A DNA stretch of 61,811 nucleotides, filler included, from Choristocarpus tenellus KU-1152 (GCA_964200185.2; 7 parts of 7 records of this genome joined end to end with filler, not necessarily neighbours in it), one strand, 5' to 3'; positions 23,017-36,900 are shown, counted from the first letter of the whole stretch. A program made the numbers and translations. Notes: a model not told the origin generated them from the letters alone.

Positions 23017-26000
23017 ATGGGTTTCTTCGGCATGATCGTTAAGCCCGAAGTTGCCGAGACAGTGGAAGTTCCGTCAGGATGGCGCCTTCAACTATGCACT
23101 GCTGCATTGAAACCAGGGCAAAGCAAAACCAAAGCCACTTCAGCTCAGGAGGTCAGCCTGTGCTCTACATCTAACTCGCCCCCCTCCTTTGTTCATTGGA
23201 GCTTGTCGGGGAGAACCTAAGACAAGAAGTCATCACTACCTGTGCGTTGTCCTCTCTCCTCTCGGTGTGTCGTCTGCCTCCTCGAAATCTGGAACTCTTC
23301 ACTAATTTTTCAGGGCACATCTCTGTGGATACAAACGGAGGGCAATATCGGGGACATCAAGTTCTGCCTAGGTACATTCAGGGTGAGCACAGTAGCTATA
23401 TTTGCGAAGGTAGTGGCCCTGCATCTTGTTTTCAAAGGTAATTTTGGGCAACATGTGTTATCAGTGGTCTGGTTATGCCCTCTCGTCTGTCACACACTTT
23501 CGCATCTGGTATGTTTGCTGACATGATGTTTGATCAAGAGATGGAGATGCACTCGTCCGTACACCATGTTCGACCTTATCGTCACTAATCTAGCAGTACC
23601 CGATTGCTTCCATGAGAAGGAAGAAATTGATCAAACCGATGGTGGTTTAAACTCTTACCTTTCCAGTTTAATCTTTCATTTCTGGTGTCACATTCACCTA
23701 TTGTATTTTTGCAGTACTGCCACCCACACAATCATACCTCCTCGGTCACTCCCCTTCTCTTGCTATGTTGTGTGCACTGTCTTCATAATAGCGTGGCATA
23801 TGTGAACAGTTCGAGGTGAAGCATTGCCTTCACGATGTCGATGGGTTAGTGTCCTTCACGGTATGTACAAAAAGGTCATATACTTCACGTTTGACAGAGA
23901 TCAATAGTGCGGTGGATAGTGCCGGTGGTGGAAAATGGCATCCATCAAGTGTCATATATCAGTCCTTTTTCATCGATAAATTTGAGTGCCAAGTCCCCAT
24001 TGCGAATCAATAGTTGTGTGGGGATGATGCTTCAGGGGTTCAACATCTAAGCAGATCTCGTTGCCTCTTGTTGTAGCGATGAAAAAAATGGCACTGATGC
24101 TCTCTTCACTCCAGCTCATAGTTTTTCCTTACTGTAATCATAACTAGTCGGAAGTTGTTATGAAGTGAGAGAACTATTTTTGAACTGGTACAAATTCAGA
24201 GGGGCTTTTTTCATTCTGCGTTTCATATTTTCACATGTTCAAAAGCACTCTTTTCGCACTTTGCTCATAAAATCGTGGTCACACTTCCCTCAATCTGCTG
24301 TCACTGAAATTTATTTGCTTGTGGGATTTTGCTGCTGTACCAGATTGCAGGCACAGTGCCAGTTCATCTGAGTGGGTGGTTTGAACAGGATCCTTTTGAT
24401 GAAACATCCTCAGATATGAGTGTTCCCACCAACTCAGAAGAGTCTGAGGATTACGCTAACTTGGAGGAGTTGGATCATGAGGACTCTGAGGAAGACAATG
24501 GTGGTGAGTCTGGCTGTCCATGAGGTAAACATTGGATATGGAGTTTCTGGCAGAGAAGTGCAAATGGCAGTTGAAAAGCAGCATTTTGTGTAGGAGAGTA
24601 TATGCATCTGCTTCTGGGTTCTTATGTGTACTCTATGCATGCCAAAGCCAACATCTCTAGGTCCACAAAAGAGATTACTAACTCTGAGAGTTGGCAATGT
24701 CGGTGATCATGCCTATGAAGGTGAACAGGAGGAGCAACAGTCAGTAGAAAAGGTGAAAGCGGCAGCCATTGCTGACGTAACAAAGGTCAATGCAACAGTT
24801 GAGGGGAAAACCGGTCAGACCAAAGAATCACAGGTATCAAACAAGAGACCCCGAACAGAGGAATCTAGTGAGGTGAGAAGGAGAATCTAGTCTGTTGTTG
24901 TAGCTGCATCTGTGGTGCACTGAGTTCCTCTTGGCCCTCTCTCTTTCACTAAACTCATTGAGGTAAAATGTAAATTGGGATACTTTGGTGGAGTGTGTTA
25001 TGATGGACCTCTGGAACATGAGGAAATTTATGACACTTCAGTGTGATACTTTAGGGTTGTATGAATATGTATTTCTTACTGAATACCCTTCCTACTGTCT
25101 CTTTATTTGATGTGTTTGTGCCTTTAATTGTTTCATTTGATAGAAGAGAAAAAGTAGAATGTATAGTGTTCAGTATTCAATATTGTAGAGTTAGTGTGTT
25201 CTAGTGTGTTTTAAAAGATCTATCCTCTTACCATTGCACAATGGGATACATCTTTGCAGTCTGCAGACCCCTTCATCAACTTGCATCATTTACGCCATCT
25301 AGCATCATACATACCCCCTCACACACCCTGTGCAGATTGCAGAAGGTGTGGCAGGGGAAGATATGAATCTGGAAGAGGAGGAGGGGAAATGTACTGAGGC
25401 AGCTGTGGAGACTAGCGAAGAGAATTCCAAGCTGACAAAGAATGCGAGGAAACGTTTGAGGAAACAGGAGAACAAAAGGCAAGAAAGGCTCAACTAGTCG
25501 CGTATCTGGTGGAGTTTTTGGATGTTCATGTACATGCTTCAGTGTTATATTCTACAGAGGCTATTTCGATGTTGCTGTGCTCTTACAGGGTTTGAAAGGC
25601 CCTGAGTATCGCTCCATATTTGCAAGTAGACTACCCCTGATGGCAACTTTATCAGCCCCAAGGTACTTTCCTCTTGATGAACTCTCATTATTCTCAGTGT
25701 ACCCCATTGATGTTGCTACATTGATCAATACCTGTTGCACTCGCATTTTCTCCAGTTGAATCAATGCATTTTCCTGATCAAGGTAATAATAGTTGTATTA
25801 CTATTATAATTGATACCTTTTGGGGGGATCCTCAGTTGAAACGCAGAGCTATTGCTGTGTTGGAGGTGCAGGTAGATCAACTCCTTGGTGTAGATGATAA
25901 GGATGAACTCTGGATGCCTTAGTCTCCCCCAGCTCCAATCTAAAGGTTGCTATCCGGATTTGATAAGCAATGTTCGCAACTACTTCCGTATGAGAATAGA

Positions 26001-29000
26001 AAACACCTTGATCAAAGGTGCCTTAGGCAAGAGAAAGCTAGTGAAGCTTCAGAGGTGCTGAAGCAGGAGCTGTTGCACAGGATTTCAATACTCGCCTTTG
26101 TCATCAGTCTCAGTTACTGAGTTCTCCCTATACTTGGGCACATCAATAACAAAGTACTGGAAAGAAGAGGCAATAACCAAAAATTATTTGAAAAGCAAAA
26201 ACTTCTGAACCTGCGTAACAAACCATGCCAGAGTTTATGGCCTACTACAGATGAATTTGGTGCAATTGAAATTTCCATGGCTCTGGAGGTCGACGGCACT
26301 CTAAATGTTGCCTTGAAAGCAGAAGTCGAGGTGTTTATATTCTCAAGGAAAATCCTGAGCTATACAACACTCCATTTCAATGGGTAGTTGGAAGCCACCT
26401 TTGATGAGTTTTGCAAGGATTGGGTTACAAATGGTGATAATTCCTGTTGTCACACTGAAAGAATTTGACATTGTCCAAGGTGATTTTTTCAAGCCTCTGT
26501 CCTGACAGGACTGTTAACATAGTCTGTCATCAAGAAGTCTGTTAAGAAGTGCCATGTGCAATTGTAGCATGAGAAGCCAAGAACAGGTGAAGGAGGTCAA
26601 GCCCTGGTTGCAAGAACTGTCTCATAAGAGGAAGCTCCCCTGAAATGGCCAAGGGTGCCATAGTGGATGAGGTGGACATAGATCTAAGAGATGTGAAAGA
26701 AGCACAATTTTTCTGGTAGTACGTTGGACTTTGATCTTGATCGGGTCAATGTTGTCCACAACAGGAACCATTCCTCAAGGCAAGGGGCGTAATGGGAAGA
26801 TGACTGTCTCAAGAGTTTAGGACAAGATAGTCACATATGTTGTGTACACAACCATTGTAGCATTTTTTGACATTATGCACACCAAGGGTATGCCAATGAC
26901 TGCCTTCTAGATTGCTCTTGTTGTCAGTCGGCACCCACCTTGGTATGGTCATTCCATTGACACTCGCACACCGCACCTCTAGGACAGTCGATCTGTAATG
27001 TTTTATGAACAAGTTTGGTTGCCTTATCGATCCTTCTGTCCACTTATGGGGCGACATTTTCTGGAGCACACTTTTAGCTTCACCCTTCCCGTGTCTACTC
27101 CCTGCCTTTGTCCACCCTACACAAATTTCCCCAGTAAAGGTGCAAAATCGATCCAGTCTGTATCTCCTCTAATACCTAAAAAATAAGGGGTGGTCATTCA
27201 TTAGAAAGCTAGTGTGTGGTTAAGGAAAGGCAGTGCATCCTCAAACCCATGCCCCTTGGTTGTAACTGTTCAAGGTATGATCCTCCATGTGAATCTGGTA
27301 CATCTTCCTTAGCAAATCTGATGCAAGCCAGCAACCACCCACTCGCTCCTTGCCAGAGATTTGTAGGTGTTGAAAGACCTTCATGAGTTTTTTTCATGGT
27401 CGCAAAAAAAATAACTTACAGGAACTGATGATAGCCAACGCTATTGTTGGCTTTGAGAATACATAAAGAGCATGCTGAGGTGGTGACTATATACCATAGT
27501 AAATGGAGTCAGGGTATCTCCACAGTTGATTTTTGGTAGTGCAAGTGGCACATTATGTGCCCGAGTCATGGAGTGTTGGTAAAACAGCCCATGTGTTCCA
27601 GGAATTCACTTCCACTGAGGACAGTGCATTTTGGCCCTTCCATTGCCAAAAATGTAACTGTTAGTAGTACTGTGGTGCAGTTGCCCGACTTGTGATGTGA
27701 CACTACAGTTATTCATAATTCTTTATACATATTTTCATTGTTTGGTCTTCTTGTACGTCTCAAGGGTGAATTTAGTGGTACCGATGGTTCATCATTTGTC
27801 GCACCTGCACAAAATGTACATATTTAGACATGCACACCAAGCTTTATGTCAATGACTGCTTCACACCAATGTGATCGTAGCATAGCCACCTATTCAGCCA
27901 ACCAACCTTCCTACTCTCCAAAGTGATAGAAACAAGGTCTAGAGAGTTCCAATAGGTGTTTCCTTTTGCTGCAATCTCTTGGGGCATTCAAGTTCTAATT
28001 AGCCTTCTGTCAAGCCCTTGATCTTGGAATGACTTTGAGTTATTTCATTTGTCTGCTCTCTGCCACCCTTGCCATCATAACGACAGGAAGGCTGAAGAGA
28101 CCAAGCGCCGACTTCAAGAAGCTTTTGCTTCAGATGAGGCGGATGAAACAGAGACTGGTCCACCAGTTGGGGTGCCACTCAAGAAGCCACTGACCAGGAC
28201 GGTCAAGGGAGGCCTGAAGATCGTTGACACGTACGATGCGCCATACTCAGTCCACCCATGCACCTAACCTAATGCCCATTACTTCACAGCTATCTCCATG
28301 GCAATACAACTTTGAATTACATAATGAAGAGATTGGAGAGGATGCAACAGAAACTTTGATGTATATCATATTTGGTCTGCTCTTACCTCCTCTAGTCATA
28401 GGCTGCAATTGTATGTGAATCTGTACGGGCTCTATGAAGTTAATCTGAGCAATAAATCAGATACAGGCTGCTCGAGATTTTTTTGAAATGGAGAACATAC
28501 ATCACCTTCCACAGACTGACAAGGGAAGTCTCTCCCTCCCCCTATCCAAGCGCCCAAATCAAGGCAATATGTGATAAACCTTTCCTTTTGGGGTCTCACT
28601 GAGATAAACTTCTGTTACGACGGTAGGGTTATGAATACGTGAAAATTATATTATATCAATAAGTTGCTAGACGTCGCATTAATGATCTAAAATATATTTA
28701 CCTCTTTTTTAACACAGGCAGACTAATACTCATTACTAAGTTCTATTGCATCCCAAATCCAGAGTATACTCCACCTCCTGTCTCACATCCCTTCTCACAT
28801 CTCCCTCCCCCTTCTAATGCGTGTGTCTGTCATGTTGTGCATTAGCACGCTTGGGGATGGGAAGACAGCAACACCTGGCAAGACGGTGAAGATCCTTTAC
28901 GAGGGATCTTTCCCCGATGGGCGTGTCTTTGACAAAAACTTCAACCGAAAGAAGCCACTGACATTCCGCGTTGGTGAGTATCATTTCCTGGTCTCTCAGA

Positions 29001-30692
29001 GCCATGTAACTGCATGTGCTTCCGGAAGCTTGGAATTTGGTGTCTGAAGCAATTTTGTTCTAGTGGTGAATATTGCAAAGAAGTCATGTCTACAGTGTCA
29101 ACACATGTATGTGCCTCTTTCCTTTTTGAGCGCTGGTCATTGCTTTATGTGGGCTGAGTTAAACAAGGGGGCAGGGAAAGTAACATGAATGATGCACACA
29201 CACACACGTTTTCCCCCGTATCCTCCCATTTGCCTCCAAAGTTCAATATGATGCCCTGTAGGACTATAAACTCCCATTGGAGTTTTCTAGCACGTTCCGT
29301 CTTATCCCTGCACTGTACTATCCTGACTGCAAAATACTCCCTTCCAAACTCTAACTCAGACCTTGTCGATGGTTCCACCTCATGCAGGATTGAAGTCAGT
29401 GATACCAGGGATGGATAGGGGCATAGAAGGCATGATGGTTGGGGGAAGTCGCGAGTTGTACATTCCATCTGCTCTTGGGTGAGTGTTTGCCTGTTACATT
29501 CTAGCACTGACACACTAACACAAACAAGACACATACACACTATAGGGCTGCGCTTATTTCTATGTGGACCGTCCTCTGCTGTGTTGCATTGGCGTGCAGT
29601 GTTGTTTGAGGGATGGGTTGATCTTTTCCGTTCTGATACGAGCTTCGAGGCCTATCTGAGGGTGTGTTATAAACACCATGCATGTACCTAAAATACAGCA
29701 TTGATATTAATCATACAACTCATCACTGTATTGAATGTCTGATCTCATGTTCTGTTGTCCATCAAAATACAGTCAACTATGCCCATTCTACATCATATCA
29801 TACCCTCTGTTGAATCCGCCCCCCCCTCCCATTCCCTCTTCATACAAAAGCACTGTATCTCCAGCATGCCACTTCTCACAGTAGGGGCTCTGTTGGGGTG
29901 CCTTGCCGTAGTGATACGGTGATAGTGTGTGCAATATTATACTCAAAACCTCGGCGCTGTGTGTACAGTCCTGCTTCATCCCCTTTGTGGGAAAGTTAGA
30001 TGATGAGCAAGTCCTGAAGATTCAGCCGAGACAGCTACTGCCCCTCCCAATGTAACTTGAATTCTACACTGAGCTGAAAGTAACAAGTTACACTAGAAGG
30101 GTGAAGGACCACTGTCGTTACTGACGCAACGTTACATTTCAAAGATGCAATAAGCACAACAATCAGCTACGATGTTGTGTCAGTATGGGGTTGTTATATG
30201 TATGGCTGCAGTGCAACAATCCTGTGGTGAAAGTATCTGTTCCCTACCTGAACTTCTGAGAGACTTTGTAGTAGAGCAACAAAAAATATTTGGGGCTTAT
30301 CGGCCACAAACGTAAGAGAGAAATGGTGAGATACCGAAAAATATTTATTTGATCAGCTTTGAGATGTAGTTGCTGCTTTTGAATCCTCAAGGGTCTCAAC
30401 AGCGGTTGTGATTTAGTCGTTGATACAATAAAGCGAATGTCATACTTGTCAAGGTGTATCGCATATTTACTAATAGTGTGTATACTCTATCCTCTCCCCA
30501 AATTTGTGTCCATACCTTGCTCTGCAATCTATGTACACTTCTGAATGTTGTTTCTCATCCCAACCCTGTATTCACTCAACCCCCCTTGCACCCATTTGAC
30601 AATCGTGTTACAGATATGGCTCACGAGGTACGGGACCAATACCTGCAAATCAAGACCTGGTGTTCCGCATTGAGCTTATAGAGGTTAAATGA
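23017..30692 (+). CDS. Nucleoplasmin-like (NPL) domain FKBP-type peptidyl-prolyl isomerase / histone chaperone (FKBP39/FKBP53/Fpr3-4 type), complete, ~389 aa
   Basis: Ten in-phase exons: 23017-23151, 23314-23382, 23792-23860, 24344-24503, 24721-24872, 25336-25478, 28087-28230, 28846-28973, 29388-29478 and 30614-30692 (1170 nt). N-terminal MGFFGMIVKP...CEQ...VHLSGW is the NPL domain, followed by an acidic and basic linker. The C-terminal FKBP domain reads LYEGSFPDGRVFD...FRVGLKSVIPGMDRGIEGMMVGGSRELYIPSALGYG...IPANQDLVFRIEL. Confidence 0.92.
25900..27200 (-). mobile_element. Highly decayed Ty3/gypsy pol remnant inside FKBP intron 6
   Basis: Broken reverse-strand peptides LEGSHW (RT LxGLxW-like), DPIKIKV (DPxKIxA) and FQLH..SSVVG (RNase H FxLxTDAS-like) occur in the expected order, with many stops and frameshifts. 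Confidence 0.4.
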
Positions 30693-33403
30693 TCTTAGAA
30701 CAAATTCTGGGGGGTTAGTGGGGCAGTAATCCCTTGAACCTTAGATGATGACCTGGGCGAATAGGTGAAACCTGACTGAACCAGGTTAAAGAGGGACCTC
30801 CCTCCCCCCCCAGTGCACACAAAATACTGTTAGACCAAGGCCAAAACCACTCTGCCTGGTAGTTTTTGCTCAAATAAGTTTTGTGTGCTGAGCCATCTCC
30901 CGTAGTAATTATCACACTATAGTACACTAGCCCTGTCAGTGCCCTTCCCCATACATGTGGATGCCATATTAGATTAGTACTCCTATGTAGTAGATGCATT
31001 CTGTTAGTCGCTTTAGTGCAAACAGTTGTTTGGAAAGCACCTTTGTGGTATGTACCCTTTTCACTAAAATGTTGAGCCCATTCCCAATATATTAATGATG
31101 TATTTGGTTCATATTATTCTATACTGCTGTTGCTTGGTACACCTTTACTGTATGTAGTAGCTTGTACACTGCACTTGATTCACAATATCTGGTGCATGTG
31201 GAACATTAGAATGACTTGCTGTACCTCGAGGATTGATACATTGACCAGGGATACTCTGATAGTTGACATCTTCAATGGAGACACAAAATTTGAACATTAT
31301 TCTTGACCAGTCCTACCAAGTTGAACCATAGAACTGGGATTCTCTCATATGTTCACCATTCACTACACCACAAATCGTTTACTTGAAAGTTTATTCATTT
31401 GAAAACCCACCCTCCACTTCACACCTCAACACTGTAATGAACAATGTACAAGATTCAATTGGCCGGTGAGGTGATGCTTCTAGGTTGGGTGTTAATTTTG
31501 TAAATATATCGTACCATATCGTAGTTTCACAGTTTCTACGCTTGGTGACAGAATTATGTTTTTATGTAGAACCCTTGCAGAGATTGGTTTTTAAAGCAGT
31601 AGGCGGAATGTAAGACCTTGTAAGGGGAAATGCGTGAACTAGAGGTTTCCCTCTTATCCCCTTCTGGTACAAGAATCTTAGTTCTGCCGCTCAGAGGGAC
31701 ACGGATTTTTCCAGAGTCGAATCCTTAACACTATGGTATGATACATCTCTAAACCCGACACCTGACCTACAACCTTGTGTTCTAAAGCTGTGGTGTAGCA
31801 CAAGGCATATCATCAGAAGCGACCATAGAACTACAACGCATCATCCCCATACACCCTTGAGGGAATTTGAAATCTCAATTTGTCAGCCACTTTTTGGTGT
31901 ATAATACACTTCTCATCATGGAATGAGTTAGCTCTAGCACCCTCCAGCGGTCTGCATCTCTACTCTCATAATATTTACTATTTCTGTGGGACGACTCACC
32001 AAAATACGTCAGAGTGGGAACAGGACCAACCGTGCATTGTCTAGTTCCAGATTGTGGTTGGCAATTTTATCCACCTTATCCTAGTGGATGGGGAGGGTAG
32101 ATCTAACTAGCTGACCGTAATCTCCCTCTTCTCTATAGATGTTAGCATTTTCCGTACTTAATCTCGAGTTCTCCCTAGCACCCAAAAATGGAACACTAAG
32201 AAAGAACTACAACCCATCCTTCACCTCACTTTGAGAGGTAGAGTCATGGCAAAGGCATAAACACAAATAATGAAGCTGAGGTCTCAGACAAGAATTGTGT
32301 TGGCGACAACAAGGCAGTTGAACAGAACTGTACTTACTCCCCTGTCCTGAAGCAGGAGCCAGTGACTGCCAGACCTGCAACCACAAGACCACAATCTTGG
32401 AGCTTGCCTGCATTGAAGTCGAGGAGGGTACATTGGATAGTGTCCTGTTGTAGGGACTTAAATCAAGTCTTTTTCCTCCTCACTGCTCTCATCCAGAAAC
32501 GAAGTTGGATTCCAGGTTGGGCAGGACTGCAAGGGGGCCTACCTGTCCTTGGGTTGATCCCACGCTACCCAATCTAGCTCAAGTGGGTCCCCCAGGGTGC
32601 TGTCACCTAAATAGATTGGTTGTTAGGATAGCATGCAATCCCACAGGTTTTTTGGTAGGGGCATAGGATGTCTCTTTCTTCCTCTTGATAGAAGTATTAT
32701 ATACGACAACCGCTTCCATGTAGTAGAATAGGAGTTCCTACTTACTGAAGGAGGTCTGTGTCACGGAATCCTAGTTCGACAAAGAACTTCAGATCAAGAT
32801 CCACCAAACAATAGGTGTCCACTGTATGTAGTGCAGACTCTGATTGATCCTTGATCAATTAGATCATGAACCCAACCTTGAACCCCTTACAACCAAGTAT
32901 TTTCATCTAGCAGGTAAGTTCGCCCAAGTCACCACAACCACCACAATCACTTCTACTACTGTCTGCTGAATTCTGTTTTCTTTGTGGGCTTGCCCTCGGT
33001 TCATTTTCTTTCTCTTCCCCTTCCCCTTTTGAGTGATCCTGTTTTTCCCTTTAGTTTTTCTTTCAAGCTAGGTCCTTGTTACCTTCTCTTCAAAAGTGTG
33101 TATTGTGTATTGTGTATTTTGAGTACTTTTTCGACGTTTGGGGTGGGATTAATTAGTGTATATGATAGTGATAATAAATAGTCATAAAGTAATACTAATA
33201 CTAATACCAATGAATATTAGTAATGAATTGAGATGGTAACAAACGTTCGATATCTATCTATAATAATAGATTACGTTTTTACCCATACGATCGACCAGTT
33301 TCCTTCAACCTTCCAATCATATCAATCCAAACTCAATTGTAAGATAACATGAGTTCCCTTCTGACTTCAACAAATAAGGGTGGGGAAGTTACAAAAAGCA
33401 TGA

Positions 33404-33436
33404 GCGCGATGTCGCGCGATGAGGCGCGGTCGCGCA
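33404..33436. promoter_or_regulatory. CG-rich motif cluster upstream of the rubredoxin-like gene
   Basis: GCGCGATGTCGCGCGATGAGGCGCGGTCGCGC lies ~95-125 nt upstream of the ATG in otherwise AT-rich sequence. Confidence 0.45.
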
Positions 33437-33528
33437 AATTCCTGACATCAGAGTCATGTTGTAGGTGTGAAGTCAGGTCTGTGACAACTAGAGTGTAGCA
33501 AGTGAGGTGAGCCTCAGTACCTTCCACC

Positions 33529-35568
33529 ATGCATTTTATCAGCCTATTTTTTGTGCTGTGCTCAGCAGTGGTAGCTCATGGATTTGTGGGCGTCCATCCT
33601 GCGCGCTCAGTCAGCACCTCCCTCTCTTCGAGGAGTGGTCTTGTGTCACGAACGGTATCTGATGTGAGTATACCTACACCTCTCATGATAGTAGAGCTAT
33701 TAGACCTATGCTTGTGCAGGATCCCACTATTCAAGAGAAATAGCCATATTTGTGTGCGCTTGTTGAAGCATCTCAACATCTTCCTCTCAAACATGACTCC
33801 ATATTTCCAACTGTCGTCAGGTGACCCGCTCTCTGCCAGAGACGATCACTCGGAAGTCCTCCGTTGCTGCCCTCAGCATGGCTGCTACGGAGAAGACAAG
33901 TGGATTCTGGGAAGGGGAGTGGGTTTGCGCTGACTGTGGCTACATATATGATATCGATGAGTCGGGAGGCCTGTTCCTTGAGCAGCAGGTGACAGAAAAA
34001 ATATATATCAACCACTACGATCTTCGTGACTTTGTTGTGGACTTTGTTGATTGGCAACCAAGATGTGATATATTTAGTAAGTGGTTTGGCACCCCATCTC
34101 AAAGCGCAAACACATGGTGATGCGAGACAGGAATGTTGAATGCCCATTCCTTCATCCACTCCCCAAACACTACATATCGTTTTTTATCATGTGCCGATAC
34201 TTTCATGTGTGGCATCTACAATGACTTTTACCAAATTCCTCAGTGTCCTGGAATTAAACATTGGGCTTTACTGGCCACTACCCAAGCACCTGATGGATAA
34301 CTTGAAACTGTTTTGGTAGGTGGTTAAGGGCATTTGCACTTAGATATTTACGTTTTGCACATGTTGGGCACCTTGGATTCTTTGGAGTTTTATGGGTAAG
34401 CCTACAAGACGTTTTGCACAACTGAATCGGATTTTCAGCAATAGCGCGAACGACTTTTCTGCTTTTTGATATTTGAAAGAGTATTTTCCTGAGGCCACTC
34501 TGCTGCAACGGCCAGCGAGAGTATTGCGTAGCTTTTGCGATGAAGGGATACCAGTGATATATGTTGCTGTTCTCTGCTTGTGAACGGTAACCGACCCCGC
34601 CAGCAAGTATTTTTCATAAACGTATAATAAGCAACTCCCACCACAGGCTGAGCTACGCACAGGTACAGAGACAGCATGAAATAAATGTTTTTCACCAGGA
34701 ATTTTGAGTTGACATTGCCAATAGCCATAAACCGTCCAAAATGGAAAGCGGATTATTGTGTATTCAGAAACACAGTGTTTGTCGGACTCTTCACTAGTGC
34801 CCCGACTTCGATGCTCCATTGGCAAGAGTCAGTGAAGTACGTGCACTCCCAAACAGTACAGAATTACGCCATAAGTATATGCCCTCGTAACTTAGATTTC
34901 GTGTTCATTCAAAGACAACTGATGTACTACTAGCAAAGAGGCTCAATGCAAAAATGGTAGACCGTGCACAACTATCATAGTCAACTTGTGTGCTGAGTGC
35001 AATATTTCAACCCCCCACCCGTGAGTCCTATTCCCACCAACCCAGTGTTGAATATGGAGGTATCACTGTTCACCAGGGCAGGTATACAGTAGGACTCCAT
35101 GCAAGACAACTGAAACAACACCATGGATGTAGATAAGGACTCCAAATGTTGTGGGAAAACGATTTTCCTCAGAATTAGAAATCGACTCCAACTAGACACA
35201 AAGGAGTCAACAGATCAGTGTGGAAAAGTTGAAGATTAAATCATTGTTGGTGTAAGCTTAACCCATTATACAGTTGTTGATCTCCCTCAGTCAAAATATG
35301 TCAGAGACTATACTGCAACCCTACACACTCATCCCTGAACGATATATGTGCTCTCTTACCCCACTTCCCACCACCACCCTCCCACTCCACTTTTCAGCCC
35401 CGCGGATGGATATGCCCTCAATGCAGTGGTCCTCGTCGCCGTTTTGCCAAGAAAGTTGGGGACCAAGTGGGTATCACACAAGATGGAGGTGATGCTCCCA
35501 TCTTGATCTTCTCATTCTTGGGCCTTGCCCTCACAGTGGGCTTTGGCTTCTGGTTTGCTGGCCAGTGA
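33529..35568 (+). CDS. Plastid-targeted rubredoxin-like protein with C-terminal transmembrane helix, complete, 157 aa
   Basis: Exons 33529-33663, 33821-33988 and 35398-35568, all phase 0. The protein has a signal peptide MHFISLFFVLCSAVVAHG-F and a Ser/Arg-rich transit peptide. Two CxxC knuckles (WVCADCGYIYD, WICPQCSG..RRF) are followed by the hydrophobic tail ILIFSFLGLALTVGFGFWF. Confidence 0.9.
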
Positions 35569-36389
35569 TGTGGTTTTGAAACGGTTAACTGTTACAAGAA
35601 TGGTGAATGCACTTACGATGTGACAACAGTGCACTTAACTCTTGTTTTGGGGAGTTGACAGGATAGCAGGCCTGGTAGATTTGAAGCGAGTTGTGAGCTC
35701 AATCATGTGTTTACCTGGCTTTGTCAACAATTCTGAGAGTGGAGATAAAACCTGGTGGAGAGGGTGAAAGGAGCAAGGTCACAAAAGGTGTAACAGTTAT
35801 GCTGACACAAAATGGGCAAGGGGGAGGAGGGAGACTGCAATGGCGCAAGATGAGGCTTTGGTCAGGTCTGCCTGTGATAAATTGAACATCAGGGGTCTAT
35901 TGGGCTAACTTTGGTACTGACATGCTCAGCCCCTACAGGGAGGATTGTTTCGCATTGTCTCATGTGTGGGCACTACATATGGATGACGGACAGAAAATAA
36001 AAGTAGGAATGATATTGTTGACTTTCTTGCATTTCCTCATGTCATACAAATTTGCTGGTAACATATTCCTTGTGCACAGCTGAGTAGATTGACAACAGTA
36101 CAACACATTTGAGCCTGAACTACTGTCCAAACACACATCCTCGACAAAAGATAGAGTTTCTAGACTGATGACTGATTTATTATCCTTTCGTTTCGACCAT
36201 GTCGCTGAGGTGTAGACGGGTCCCCACCGTTTGTGCTTGTGTGCACAAGCATGTCAGAGACACCCTCTGCTTGGGTTTTTTCAATGCAAAGAACACCTTG
36301 TGTGTAGTTTTTGATGGTGCATGAGTTCCGTATGGCACTTCTCTGTACATGAAGTAGATAACCTATAGAAAGAGGTGAGAGTTGCTTAC

Positions 36390-36900
36390 TTTAGCACTGC
36401 ACTTTTATTGTTTTCGAACTGCGACAATAATCCACAGTATTTCTCCAAAATATTCTTGATGCATCGCCGATGCCATGTGTCACGGTTCTAAGATGCTGGT
36501 GTTTGCTGGTGCAGGGCTGTCTTGGCTTAGTTTTCGATGAGACATGCACATCCGCAACCGTATCTGGTGGTGTCCCTGTGGGCTGACAGGTAACTACAAG
36601 GGCAAAGTAGTAGACCTCCGTATTGTAGGGATAGATGGGATCAACCTCTGATATCTTCTGGAGGGAATTGGCCACCCACTTTTTCCATTTACTTAGTATG
36701 ACATTGGTGGAGAGAATAGGAACTGCGCTGTGATGAACAGGAATTCATAGGGACATATGTCATATTGTAGTTGAAACTGAATGTGGTATGTGAGGGGATG
36801 ATCGGATTGGCATGAAATGGTAGGCGCACAAGGCAAGAACAGAGTGTGATAAATAAGAACCAGGATGCTCAGTGTCCATGTACAAATGTTCAATTATATT
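36390..36900 (-). mobile_element. Possible decayed gypsy integrase fragment
   Basis: Frameshifted FNYN...CPYEFLF resembles the integrase (F/A)YN...SPxELLFG segment. Mutually similar fragments lie at ~30930-31000 and ~38420-38485. Confidence 0.3.

Noticed and set aside
30000-30077. Possible intronic C/D box snoRNA (ATGATGA ... CTGA) in the FKBP gene
   Set aside because: One RTGATGA is expected by chance in ~7 kb of intron. The terminal stem is weak, and I found no convincing rRNA-complementary guide.
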